Assembly: GCA_030452775.1 (NCBI GenBank)
Contig: JAKDLQ010000001.1
Coordinates: 1-36,668 of the forward strand
From: Micrococcales bacterium
Lineage (GTDB): Bacteria; Actinomycetota; Actinomycetes; Actinomycetales; Dermatophilaceae
Direction of reading: 5' to 3'
Length of the DNA stretch: 36,668 nucleotides
Position numbers and translations under genes: made by a program. The notes beneath the pieces were generated by a model. It saw nothing but the letters and a program-made list of their open reading frames with translations, made no database searches and had not been told where the DNA came from. This document shows positions 7,946 through 16,855 of this stretch, piece by piece. Position 1 is the stretch's first letter. Each line of letters starts with the position of its first letter.

Positions 7946-8817
7946 TGTCTCAGACGCCCGGACGTCCCGCTGATCCCACCTCGGGGGATGATCGCCGCGA
8001 TGATGTCCGGGAGCTCGAGCGCGAGGAACCGCGGGATGCCCGCGGGCTGGGCGCGAGCCTGCTGTCGGGTGTCAAGGAGATCGTCATCGTCGTCGTCTTG
8101 GCGATGGCCCTGTCGTTCGTCGTCAAGACGTGGCTCTTCCAGGCGTTCTACATCCCGTCCGGGTCCATGGAGAACACGCTGAGGATCGATGACCGGGTCA
8201 TCGTCAGCAAGCTCACGCCGGGCCCGTTCGACCTGCGCCGTGGCGATGTCGTCGTCTTCGAGGATCCCGGCGATCCGCCGTGGCTGGCCGGGGAGCGAGG
8301 GAGTGACCGGTCCACGTCCGGCGGGCCGCTTCACACGATCCTCGTCTTCGTCGGCCTGCTGCCCGAGGACGCGGAGAACCACCTCATCAAGCGAGTCATC
8401 GGCCTGCCCGGGGACCACATCGTCGCCAAGGGTGACACGAGCGAGATCACCGTCAACGGTGTGGCGATCGACGAGGCGTCGTACATCAAGCCCGGCGATG
8501 CCCCGAGCGAGGGCAAGCCCTTCGACATCGTCGTCCCGCCGGGGAAGGTGTGGGTCATGGGCGATCACCGCTCGGACTCCTCCGACTCCCGCTTCCACGA
8601 CGATGACTCCGGCGGCAAGGACGGATCCGTGCCGATCGACAAGATCGTGGGCCGGGCACTGTTCATCGTGTGGCCCATCGATCACGTCACGTGGCTCGGG
8701 GTCCCGGCCCGGACTTTCGAAGCCGTGCGCGATGCCGGACCGGCCCCCGCGCCACGCCCGACCGGGTCCGCGGCGCGCAGCCCGTCGGTGTCGGGCCCCG
8801 GATCCCACGCGGCCTGA
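7945..8817 (+). CDS. lepB: Signal peptidase I (copy 2)
   Basis: Within ORF 7642..8817. ATG 7945 overlaps the copy-1 stop by 1 nt (tgATG). YIPSGSMENTL, KRVIGLPGDH, VMGDHRSDSSDSR. Confidence 0.9.
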   Translation: MSQTPGRPADPTSGDDRRDDVRELEREEPRDARGLGASLLSGVKEIVIVVVLAMALSFVVKTWLFQAFYIPSGSMENTLRIDDRVIVSKLTPGPFDLRRGDVVVFEDPGDPPWLAGERGSDRSTSGGPLHTILVFVGLLPEDAENHLIKRVIGLPGDHIVAKGDTSEITVNGVAIDEASYIKPGDAPSEGKPFDIVVPPGKVWVMGDHRSDSSDSRFHDDDSGGKDGSVPIDKIVGRALFIVWPIDHVTWLGVPARTFEAVRDAGPAPAPRPTGSAARSPSVSGPGSHAA

Positions 8818-8826
8818 GGGGCGAGC

Positions 8827-9573
8827 ATGACTGGGCCCCCTGCCTCCGCGAAACCGTCCCTGCGGGTAGAGCGCGAGCTTCAGCGCCGAGGGCATCGGGT
8901 CCTCGCCGGCATGGACGAGGTCGGCCGGGGTGCGCTCGCGGGTCCGGTGAGCGTCGGGGTCGTGCTCATCGACGAGACCGTCCGCAGCGCCCCGGTGGGC
9001 GTCAAGGACTCCAAGCTGCTGACGGAGCGGGCCCGGAAGGGACTCGTGCCCCGCATCCGGCGCTGGGCGGTGACCCACGCCGTCGGTCACGCGAGCGCCG
9101 ACGAGATCGATACGGTCGGGATCATCGCGGCCCTGCGGCTCGCGGGCACCCGCGCGCTCGCTGCCGCGCAGATCGTGCCCGACCTCGTCATTCTCGACGG
9201 CAACCACGACTGGCTCACGCCGCCGGAGTCGGTCGGGCTGTTGGCCTACTGCGACGACGGCGCAGGCGATGACGCGCCGGCGCCGCCGCCGGTGCGGACG
9301 ATGATCAAGGCGGATCTGCGCTGCTCGTCGGTCGCAGCAGCGAGCGTGCTGGCCAAGGTGGAGCGGGACGACCTCATGGCGGAGCTGGGAGTCGAGCACC
9401 CGGCATACGGCTGGGACCTCAACAGAGGGTATGCCGCCCCGGAGCACCTCGCCGCGCTCGCGCGGCTCGGGCCGTGCGAACTTCACCGGCGGTCGTGGCG
9501 GCTGCCGGGTCTCCGGCATGATGGGGTGATGGAGGGCGAGTCGCTCGGCGAGCAGAGGGGAACGGCGATCTAG
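8827..9573 (+). CDS. rnhB: Ribonuclease HII
   Basis: [38 protein letters not shown]. Confidence 0.9.
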   Translation: MTGPPASAKPSLRVERELQRRGHRVLAGMDEVGRGALAGPVSVGVVLIDETVRSAPVGVKDSKLLTERARKGLVPRIRRWAVTHAVGHASADEIDTVGIIAALRLAGTRALAAAQIVPDLVILDGNHDWLTPPESVGLLAYCDDGAGDDAPAPPPVRTMIKADLRCSSVAAASVLAKVERDDLMAELGVEHPAYGWDLNRGYAAPEHLAALARLGPCELHRRSWRLPGLRHDGVMEGESLGEQRGTAI

Positions 9574-9894
9574 GTGAGTTCGGAAGACCTCGAGAAGTAC
9601 GAGACCGAGATGGAGCTGCAGCTTTACAAGGAGTATCGCGACGTCGTGGGCCTCTTCACCCATGTCGTCGAGACGGAGCGGCGCTTCTACCTGGCGAACT
9701 CGGTCGACGTCAAGGTTCGCGGCGACGGTGGCGATGTCTTCTTCGACGTGACGATGGCAGATGCGTGGGTCTGGGACATCTACCGCCCAGCCCGGTTCGT
9801 CAAGAAGGTCCGGGTGGTGACGTTCAAGGACGTCAACATCGAGGAGTTGCCGGCGCCGGAGCTCAAACTGCCGGAGACGGGCGACTTCTCCTGA
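9574..9894 (+). CDS. DUF2469 family protein
   Basis: MSSEDLEKYETEMELQLYKEYRDVVGLF...YLAN is the conserved actinobacterial DUF2469 sequence. GTG starts directly after the rnhB stop. Confidence 0.9.
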   Translation: MSSEDLEKYETEMELQLYKEYRDVVGLFTHVVETERRFYLANSVDVKVRGDGGDVFFDVTMADAWVWDIYRPARFVKKVRVVTFKDVNIEELPAPELKLPETGDFS

Positions 9895-9996
9895 CGCGCG
9901 GCGGCTCTGTCCACACCCCCCTGGGGGGTTTCCACGGGTTCACAGGCGACGTGACGGGTCTGTCGTGATCGCTCCTCGCGGTCGAGGCTTGGCCCC

Positions 9997-10368
9997 ATGG
10001 ACACACCCACAGCCCGGGACCTCGGCGGCTACGGAGAGCGCCTGGCCTGCCGCTACCTCGTCGAGGTCGGCTACACCATCGTCACGCGCAACTGGCGCTG
10101 TGCCCGCGGCGAACTCGATGTGGTCGCCGTCGTGCCGGGCGTGCTGGTCTTCTGCGAGGTCAAGACGCGCAGCTCCGAGCGGTTCGGCGCGCCGTTCGAG
10201 GCGGTGACCTGGCGCAAGCTCGGCCGCCTGCGCACGCTCGCCGGGATATGGCTCGACTCGTTGGCGGACGGCGAACGACCACCGGGCGACCAGCGCCTCG
10301 ATGTCATCTCGATCCTCAAGCCGCCCACCGGGCGAGTCCGCCTCGAGCACCTCATGGGTGTCTCGTGA
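9997..10368 (+). CDS. yraN: YraN family (UPF0102) endonuclease-like protein
   Basis: GERLACRYLVEVGYTIVTRNWRCARGELDVVA...FCEVKTR. Confidence 0.9.
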   Translation: MDTPTARDLGGYGERLACRYLVEVGYTIVTRNWRCARGELDVVAVVPGVLVFCEVKTRSSERFGAPFEAVTWRKLGRLRTLAGIWLDSLADGERPPGDQRLDVISILKPPTGRVRLEHLMGVS

Positions 10369-11918
10369 GCGGGCTCGGGCGCACCCGAGCAGTTGGACTG
10401 CGGGGGGTCAACGGCTTCGTCGTCGACGTCGAGGCACACGTGAGCGGCTCGCTGCCGGGATTCTCCATCAGCGGTCTGGGTGATTCGGCCGTCACGCAGT
10501 CAGCCGATCGCATCAAGGCCGCGGCCGGGCTCATCCCCAACGCTCCGGTGAGCCAGCGCCGGATCACTGTGAACCTCTCGCCGGCCGGGCTGCGAAAGAT
10601 CGGGACGGGCTTCGACCTCGCGATCTTCGTGGCCGTGCTCGCCGCGATGGGCCAGATCCCCGGCCGCGTCGTGACCGACGTGGTGCACCTGGGCGAGATC
10701 GGGCTCGACGGCTCGGTCCGCGGCGTGCCCGGGGTCCTTCCCGCTGTCCATGCCGCCGCCCGATCCGGAGCCCGGCACGCGGTTGTGCCGGTCGCCAACG
10801 CCGCCGAAGCCCTGCTCGTCCCCGGCATTCGGGTGCATCCAGTCTGCGACGTCACCGAGCTCGTCCGCCGCTACACTGACCTGGCCAAGGGCCGGCCGGT
10901 CGTCGAGATGCCGGTTCCACCACTGTCGCCGCCGGCCGGGCAGCCGGTCAAAGACCTGTCGGAGGTGATCGGCCAGTCTGAGGCCAAGTTCGCCATCGAG
11001 ATCGCCGCGGCCGGAGGTCACCACGTGATGATGGCCGGGCCTCCCGGCGCCGGCAAGACCATGCTCGCCGAGCGCATGCCCGGCCTGCTGCCGCCGCTCG
11101 ATGAGACCGATGCCATGGATGTCACCGCCATCCACTCGGTGCTCGGGGCGCTCGAGGATGATGCCCGGCTCATCACCCGGCCACCCTTTGTCGCCCCGCA
11201 CCACGGCGCCTCGCTGGCAGCGGTCATCGGCGGTGGTAGTGGTCGCATCCGTCCCGGGGCGATCACCCAGGCCCACGCCGGCATCCTCTTCCTCGACGAG
11301 ACGCCAGAGTTCGACAAGGGCGTCCTGCAAGCGCTGCGGACTCCGCTCGAGCGCGGGAGGGTAACGATTGCGCGAGCCTCCGAGACCGTGACGTTCCCGG
11401 CCCGCTTCCAACTCGCCCTGGCTGCCAATCCGTGCCCGTGCGGCAACGGATGGGGCAAAGGCATCGACTGCACCTGTTCGCCGATGACGCGCCGCAACTA
11501 CTTCGGCAAACTGTCGGGCCCGCTACTCGATCGGGTCGATCTGCAGGTCCATGTCCAGCCACCAGGCCTGTCGATGGCTGAACACCCTGGTGGGGAGCGC
11601 AGCGACGTCGTCGCGGCGCGAGTGGCGCGTGCACGATCGGCCCAGCACGCACGCTGGCGCCAAGTGCTCGGCCGCCCTGGCGGGCTCAACTCGGCGGTGT
11701 CGGGCGGGGTGCTTCGATCCAGCCCATGGCGCCTGCCGAGCACGGTGACCAGCGCACTTGACCGGGCCTTGGATCGCAGGAGCCTCACCATGCGGGGCTA
11801 CGACCGATCGTTGCGGGTGGCCTGGACGATGGCGGACCTTCGGGGCCTAGCCGCGCCCGGCCGTGACGAGATCGACCTGGCCCTGTCCTTGCGCCGACAG
11901 GCAGGAGCGGCGGCATGA
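10365..11918 (+). CDS. yifB: YifB/ComM family Mg-chelatase-like ATPase
   Basis: Within ORF 10248..11918. GTG 10365 overlaps the yraN stop (GTGA). Has a Lon-like N-domain and Walker A GPPGAGKTMLA, plus ILFLDETPEF. Confidence 0.9.
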   Translation: MSGLGRTRAVGLRGVNGFVVDVEAHVSGSLPGFSISGLGDSAVTQSADRIKAAAGLIPNAPVSQRRITVNLSPAGLRKIGTGFDLAIFVAVLAAMGQIPGRVVTDVVHLGEIGLDGSVRGVPGVLPAVHAAARSGARHAVVPVANAAEALLVPGIRVHPVCDVTELVRRYTDLAKGRPVVEMPVPPLSPPAGQPVKDLSEVIGQSEAKFAIEIAAAGGHHVMMAGPPGAGKTMLAERMPGLLPPLDETDAMDVTAIHSVLGALEDDARLITRPPFVAPHHGASLAAVIGGGSGRIRPGAITQAHAGILFLDETPEFDKGVLQALRTPLERGRVTIARASETVTFPARFQLALAANPCPCGNGWGKGIDCTCSPMTRRNYFGKLSGPLLDRVDLQVHVQPPGLSMAEHPGGERSDVVAARVARARSAQHARWRQVLGRPGGLNSAVSGGVLRSSPWRLPSTVTSALDRALDRRSLTMRGYDRSLRVAWTMADLRGLAAPGRDEIDLALSLRRQAGAAA

Positions 11919-13027
11919 GCGACGAGCTGCGTGCCCGGGCCTCGCTGAGCCGGGTCGTCGAACCGCGCGATACCGCGATCGCCCAGCTCGTCGCGACGGT
12001 CGGACCGCTGGAGACGCTGGAGCGGATCGTGCGCGGACATGGTGGCTTGCAGCGGTTCGCGCCGCGGGTCGCGGCGCTCGATGTCGAGCGCGATCTCGCG
12101 ATCGCCTCCCGCGTCGGTGCTCGGGTCGTCATCCCCGGCGATCCGGAGTGGCCCGAGAGCCTCAACGAGCTCGCGATTCCGCCGTGGTGCCTGTGGGTGC
12201 GTGGTGACTCCCTCGAGCGTCTGGCGCGCAGATCGGTGGCGGTCGTCGGATCCCGGATGGCCACGTCCTATGGCGAGTCCTTCGCCGCCGACCTGGGCGC
12301 GTCCCTGGCTTCGCGTGGATGGACCGTGGTGTCCGGCGCGGCCTTCGGTATCGACGCGGCCGCCCACCGCGGCGCGCTGGCCGTCGACGGGCCGACCGTC
12401 GCGGTGCTCGCCAGCGGCATCGACCGGGCCTACCCGGCGGCCCACAAGCAACTCATCGAACGGGTGGCCCAGGCCGGAGCGGTCCTCTCCGAGGTGGCGC
12501 CGGGCTCAGCGCCGATGAAGGGACGGTTCCTACACCGCAACCGGATCATCGCCGCGATGACGGCCGGCGTCGTCATCGTCGAGGCCGGCCTGCGCTCGGG
12601 GTCGCTCAACACCGCGCGCCACGCCGAGGAGCTGCTGCGGCCGATCGCCGCCGTCCCCGGTCCGGTCACCTCGATGTCCTCGGCCGGCTGCCACCAGGCG
12701 ATCCGGGACGAGCGGGCCACCCTCGTGACCGACGCCGCCGAGGTCATCGAGCTGGTTGGGGTCATGGGCGATGACTCACTCGAGCCGCCTCGCGGGCCGG
12801 CCCGGCCCGGTGACGCGCTGGGGCCTGCCGATGCGGCCGTCTTCGAGGCGCTGCCGGTCCGCGGGTGGATGGAGCTCGACCGGATCGCGCTGGTGACCAC
12901 GATGGCGCCGCTCGCCGTGCGGGCCGCGCTCGCTCGGCTCGAGGACGATGGGCTGGCCAGGTGCCTGGAGGGTCGGTGGCGCAAGCCAACGCCTCCCCGC
13001 AAGGCCCCGCCGAGCTGCGGGGAGTGA
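11915..13027 (+). CDS. dprA: DNA-processing protein DprA
   Basis: The ATG overlaps the yifB stop (ATGA). VAVVGSRMATSYG, VVSGAAFGIDAAAHRGAL, GIDRAYPAAH, FLHRNRIIAA. Confidence 0.9.
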   Translation: MSDELRARASLSRVVEPRDTAIAQLVATVGPLETLERIVRGHGGLQRFAPRVAALDVERDLAIASRVGARVVIPGDPEWPESLNELAIPPWCLWVRGDSLERLARRSVAVVGSRMATSYGESFAADLGASLASRGWTVVSGAAFGIDAAAHRGALAVDGPTVAVLASGIDRAYPAAHKQLIERVAQAGAVLSEVAPGSAPMKGRFLHRNRIIAAMTAGVVIVEAGLRSGSLNTARHAEELLRPIAAVPGPVTSMSSAGCHQAIRDERATLVTDAAEVIELVGVMGDDSLEPPRGPARPGDALGPADAAVFEALPVRGWMELDRIALVTTMAPLAVRAALARLEDDGLARCLEGRWRKPTPPRKAPPSCGE

Positions 13028-13072
13028 TCGGATGTCCTTGCCTCGCCGTGTGTCCTTTGCGATGGTGCCTCC

Positions 13073-14017
13073 ATGGGAGGTGGCGTGTCGACGAGTACGC
13101 AAGCGCCTGGCGATGACCGACATGCGGGCGTGCTCGCGGACTTTGCGCGGTATCTCGGGGCCGAACGTGGCCGCTCCGTGCACACCCAGCGGGCCTATCT
13201 CGGTGACGTCCGCAACCTGTTGACGTTCGCGACGGGTCAGGGGATCACCGGTCCGCAGCAGCTACGCCTCGCCGACCTGCGGGCCTGGCTCGGCGAGCAG
13301 TCCGACAAGGGAGCGGCCCGCGCGACGATCGCCCGTCGCGCCGCAGCGGTCCGCACCTTCCTGGGCTGGGCGGCACGGACCGGTCGCATCGACTCTGACC
13401 CATCGCTTCGGCTCGTCGCCCCGAAGCGGACGCGTTCGCTGCCTGGCGTTCTCAAGCAGGCCGAGGTTACAGCGATGCTCGACCTCGCCGCGGTGCGTGC
13501 GGATGATGCCGACCCGATCCACGTGCGGGACGTGGCGATCGTCGAGTTGCTCTACGCGAGCGGGATCCGAGTCGGCGAGCTCGTCGCGCTCGATGTCGAT
13601 GATGTGGATCTGAGGCAGCACCTCGTGCGGGTCCTCGGCAAGGGCGCGAAGGAGCGCATGGTGCCCTTCGGGCTACCGGCGGCCCGTGCCGTCGAGGCGT
13701 GGATGGCCGTCCGCGGGCAGCTCGCCAAGCCCGACTCGGGCCCGGCCCTGCTGCTTGGCCGCTGCGGTCGCAGGACCGACGCCCGGCAGGTACGCTCGGC
13801 CGTCCACGAGCTGCTCTCGCACGTGCCGGACACTCCGGACCTGGGTCCGCACGGGCTGCGGCACAGCGCGGCGACGCACCTTCTCGAGGGTGGCGCTGAC
13901 CTGCGCATGGTCCAGGAGCTGCTCGGCCACGCGAGCCTCGCCACGACCCAGATCTACACGCACGTGTCCGTCGAGCGGCTACGCCGAAGCTACGAGCAGG
14001 CTCATCCGCGTGCCTGA
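13073..14017 (+). CDS. xerC: Tyrosine recombinase XerC
   Basis: The alternative start GTG 13085 has a better SD (gggagg). Core binding: FARYLGAERGRSVHTQRAYLGDV. Catalytic region: GLRHSAATHLLEGGADLRMVQELLGHASLATTQIYTHV. Confidence 0.9.
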   Translation: MGGGVSTSTQAPGDDRHAGVLADFARYLGAERGRSVHTQRAYLGDVRNLLTFATGQGITGPQQLRLADLRAWLGEQSDKGAARATIARRAAAVRTFLGWAARTGRIDSDPSLRLVAPKRTRSLPGVLKQAEVTAMLDLAAVRADDADPIHVRDVAIVELLYASGIRVGELVALDVDDVDLRQHLVRVLGKGAKERMVPFGLPAARAVEAWMAVRGQLAKPDSGPALLLGRCGRRTDARQVRSAVHELLSHVPDTPDLGPHGLRHSAATHLLEGGADLRMVQELLGHASLATTQIYTHVSVERLRRSYEQAHPRA

Positions 14018-14140
14018 CTCCCCGGTCGTATGCCCTGCGCGTATGCCGGTCGTGGGCCAGTGTGCCGCTCCTGACCTCGCGTGCCCGACGCCAGTGCCGG
14101 CCGCTCGCCTCGGGCCCGGCCGCGGTTCCGGCCCCGGGGG

Positions 14141-14638
14141 TCAGGACAGCGGGAGCAGGATGATCGGCGCCCGGCCGAGGAGGCCCAGCGGGTCAAGATA
14201 GGTGCGCCCGCGAATCACCCCCCAGTGCAGGCACGTGGCGGGAGCACAATGTCCGGCAGCCGCGCCCACCGTTCCGATGGGTTCACTGCGTGAGACGGCC
14301 GTCCCGAGAGGTGGAGCGTCGCGGACGGGTTCGAAGGTGCTGCGCAGACCGTTCGCGTGAGCGACGACGACGACACCTCGCCCCGCGATCGTGCCGGTGA
14401 AGGAGATCCGGCCACCAGTTGGCGTATGCACGGTCGCGTCGACGCGAGTAGCGAGGTCGACGCCTCGGTGGCCGGCGAGCCAGGGTTGGTCCGGCGGATC
14501 GAAAGCGCGCACCACCGGCGGCCGCGGGTCCAGCGGCCAAGCCCACTCGGCCCGGGCGGCCGGGGCGGTGGGAGCAGGGGTCACCACCGCGGAGACTGCA
14601 AAGAGGGCCAGCGCTGTGATGGTTTCGCCGATGGACAC
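14141..14638 (-). CDS. Secreted M23 family metallopeptidase
   Basis: 3' part of ORF 14141..15190. Start taken at GTG 14638 (VSIGETITALALFAVSAVV, signal-like). HRGVDL and CLHWGV motifs. The Arg-rich upstream part of the ORF is not protein-like; no clear SD. Confidence 0.75.
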   Translation of the reverse strand: MSIGETITALALFAVSAVVTPAPTAPAARAEWAWPLDPRPPVVRAFDPPDQPWLAGHRGVDLATRVDATVHTPTGGRISFTGTIAGRGVVVVAHANGLRSTFEPVRDAPPLGTAVSRSEPIGTVGAAAGHCAPATCLHWGVIRGRTYLDPLGLLGRAPIILLPLS

Positions 14639-15170
14639 GCGATCGAGACTAGAAGGGGCGAATGCGGTCTGCGAGCGTCCAGCGCGGCTCTGTGGATGAC
14701 GACATCTCCTGGTCGCACGTGTGGACAGCCGTCGTGGAGACAGATGTGGGGGCGACCTTCGGACGCAGCGGTCCCGGGGGAAGGCTGTGGACATGTCCTG
14801 CGGTGGTATGGTCCTCGGTAGTGGTGGTTCTGCGCCTAGGCGCGGGTGGGTCCGGGCTACGCCTTCGGGGTATCGAGCCTCCTGAGCATCGGCATCTTCG
14901 TGCTCGCCCGACGGCTGTCGCCGCCGGGCATCCTGCAGGCGGTCGGCAAAATGGCATCTGCGGTGGTCTTCACCCGTTCGCGGCCGCAGGATGGATCCGT
15001 GATGTCGATGCAGCCGAAGCCGGGGCCGAAGGTGCCGTCCGATTCCTTCGGGGTGGCCAAGAGGGCACGCCGCAGGGGCGCGTTGGCCGCGTGACCAGAT
15101 GCACACCGGGTGGAAGCGACCGTGGGCAAGGCCAGCGCCATGCGTGTAGCGCGGCGCTACGCTTTGATGT

Positions 15171-15524
15171 GTGCCTTCCAGCCAGCCCACCCGCCTGCCT
15201 GTCGACGTCTACGAGTCGGCCGCGGTCGCGGCGGCGGAGGGTCGCACCGTGCCGAAGCAGATCCCGCACTGGGCGCGGACCGGTCAGGCGGTGGAGGCCG
15301 GCAACCTCTCTCGCCGCAACATCCAGCGCGTGCTCGACGGGCACGCGCCGTACTCGTCTCTCGAGGAACGAGAGCAGGCGATCGTCCGCTCCGAGTGGGA
15401 CGAGCGGATCGATGCTGCGTTGGCTGAGCTGAACTTCGCCGACGAGTTCGCCGCGAACGGCGACAGCTGGGTGATCGGCGACGGCCACGGGGGCGCGGTC
15501 ACCAAGAGCTCCGCCGGTCAGTGA
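15171..15524 (+). CDS. ParD-like antitoxin (partner of zeta/AAA-kinase-type toxins)
   Basis: TRLPVDVYESAAVAAAEGRTVPKQIPHWARTGQAVE...VLDGHAPYSSLEEREQAIVRSEWDERI matches my recollection of the ParD-like (PF11903-type) family. The stop overlaps the downstream GTG. Confidence 0.7.
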   Translation: MPSSQPTRLPVDVYESAAVAAAEGRTVPKQIPHWARTGQAVEAGNLSRRNIQRVLDGHAPYSSLEEREQAIVRSEWDERIDAALAELNFADEFAANGDSWVIGDGHGGAVTKSSAGQ

Positions 15525-15830
15525 CGCTTACGCACACAGGCACAGGCACCGGTACTCCCGTTCTGCACGTGCTCGCCGGGCCCAACGGTGCCGGGAAGTC
15601 GACGCTGGCCACGCGGGCTCTGCAGCCGCAGATGCATCCTCGGCTCGTCAACGCCGACGTCATCGCGGCCCGGCACTGGCCAGACGATCAATCGGCCCAC
15701 GCCTACGACGCGGCCCGGCTCGCGGAAGCCGAGCGCCGCCGGCTGATCTTCGCGGGGAGTCGTTCATCACCGAGACCGTGTTCTCGCACCCCTCCAAGGT
15801 GCGGCTGGCTCGTGACGAGCTTGGCTCGTG
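15521..15830 (+). pseudogene. Zeta-toxin-like P-loop kinase, frameshifted and 3'-truncated
   Basis: Walker A LAGPNGAGKST. After ...AEAERRRLIFAG the frame breaks in a G-run near 15752-15757. The conserved continuation ESFITETVFSHPSKVRLARDE is in another frame (about 15757-15826). Homology then stops, so the C-terminal half is absent. Confidence 0.7.
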
Positions 15831-15856
15831 GTGCCAGGACACCGAGTCCGCCTCGA

Positions 15857-16060
15857 CCTACGGTGCGCGCCGAGCTGGGCATCTCCCCGGCACAGCTGGC
15901 GATGGTGCTGGTGTTGGCGTTCGTGGAGAACCTGACCGATCGGCATGCCGCCGACGCGGTGCGGACTCGCCCTCCAGAAGTACTGCCTGGGGCTCGGCCA
16001 TGATGACGCGGGGTCCGCCTCTACGGCTACTCTGCGCGCGGCTGGCTGGATGTTCCTGAT
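15857..16060 (+). mobile_element. Fragment of an IS1182-family transposase gene (N-terminal DUF772-like region only, frameshifted)
   Basis: PTVRAELGISPAQLAMVLVLAFVENLTDRHAADAVRTR (15857-15970) and LALQKYCLGLGHDDAG (from 15966, other frame). Compare the family pattern ...LQFAENLSDRQAADAVRGRIDWKYALGLEL.DPGFD. No DDE domain and no terminal repeats recognised. Confidence 0.6.
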
Positions 16061-16207
16061 CGCCGCTGATCGGCCGCGGACTCTCGCCCAGACGTCGGTG
16101 TTACAGGGATGCGGCGAGGACGCCACTCCTCAGATCGCCTCAGGGTTGTGTGACACGGTAGCCGCGGCCTGGGAGTCTGACCCATGACCCACCGAAACGG
16201 AGAACCG

Positions 16208-16633
16208 ATGACCCCGCAAGACGAGACATTCCTCCGCCGCGCTATCGAGCTGGCTGCCATCAGCAGAGCGGGAGGTGACGCACCGTTCGGCTCACTGCTG
16301 GTTGGACCCGAGGGCACCGTGCTGGCCGAGGATCACAACACCGTCCTGTCCGATAACGACGTCAGCGCCCACCCGGAGCTCAAACTGGCCAGGTTTGCAG
16401 CGCGCACACTCGATGCAGCGACCGCGGCAGAGACCACGATGTACACCAGTTGCCAGCCCTGCCAAATGTGCACCGGCGCCATCGATCGCTCCGGCCTCGG
16501 ACGGGTCGTCTACGCCTTGTCCAGCGAACAACTGGCCAGACTCAACCCATCCGCAGGATTCCCGTCGGTACCGCAGGAAGGCCCGGCCCTCTTCGAGCAA
16601 GCCCGCCTGGTCATCGACGGCGACAACGCCTGA
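16208..16633 (+). CDS. CDA-fold nucleoside/nucleotide deaminase (zinc-dependent)
   Basis: ORF 16184..16633. ATG 16208 has a ggag SD (alternative start 16184). HPE (SAHPELKLA) and PCxxC (SCQPCQMC) zinc motifs. Confidence 0.85.
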   Translation: MTPQDETFLRRAIELAAISRAGGDAPFGSLLVGPEGTVLAEDHNTVLSDNDVSAHPELKLARFAARTLDAATAAETTMYTSCQPCQMCTGAIDRSGLGRVVYALSSEQLARLNPSAGFPSVPQEGPALFEQARLVIDGDNA

Positions 16634-16855
16634 GGCGGCCACCCCTGCGGACGCGAGGCCCCGGCAAAGTCTGCCGGTGACCACCCCCGCGCCGAGCCTG
16701 CGCACTTCCCATAGCGGGCACACACCACGTGGGGCCCAGGATGCTCCCAGCCGAGATTCAGTTTCCGCGAACAACTGACGCGTCCGAAGGGTCGCTGCTA
16801 GCGTCGTGGTGCCACCTGCTAAGGGGCCACTACAAACGCCTCGTTCGGGGGAACC

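Noticed and set aside
7702-9663. 653-aa ORF on the minus strand
   Set aside because: It is antisense to lepB copy 2 and rnhB, which have clear catalytic motifs. The composition is Arg/Asp/Gly/Pro-rich shadow-ORF-like.
9916-9931. Mini hairpin ccccccTgggggg followed by ttt after the DUF2469 gene, as an intrinsic terminator
   Set aside because: The stem is only 4-5 bp once a viable loop is allowed, with just three T residues. That is too weak to call.
13073-14017. Tyrosine recombinase as a marker of a prophage or integrative element
   Set aside because: The sequence and the position after dprA are those of the housekeeping XerC. No phage genes, att-like repeats or tRNA are adjacent.
14639-15170. 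Possible ydaO-type (c-di-AMP) riboswitch upstream of the M23 cell-wall peptidase gene
   Set aside because: I read the minus-strand leader looking for the conserved ydaO elements (GGGGGACCCA, ACGGGGUGAAUCC, CCCGAA...AGCUAAC). I found only loose look-alikes (acgggtgaagacc, ccccgaagg x2) in the wrong order. A covariance-model scan would settle it.
16661-16677. Hairpin ccggca-aagtc-tgccgg after the deaminase stop, as a terminator
   Set aside because: It has a 6-bp stem and no U-tract, so it is not distinguishable from chance in GC-rich DNA.
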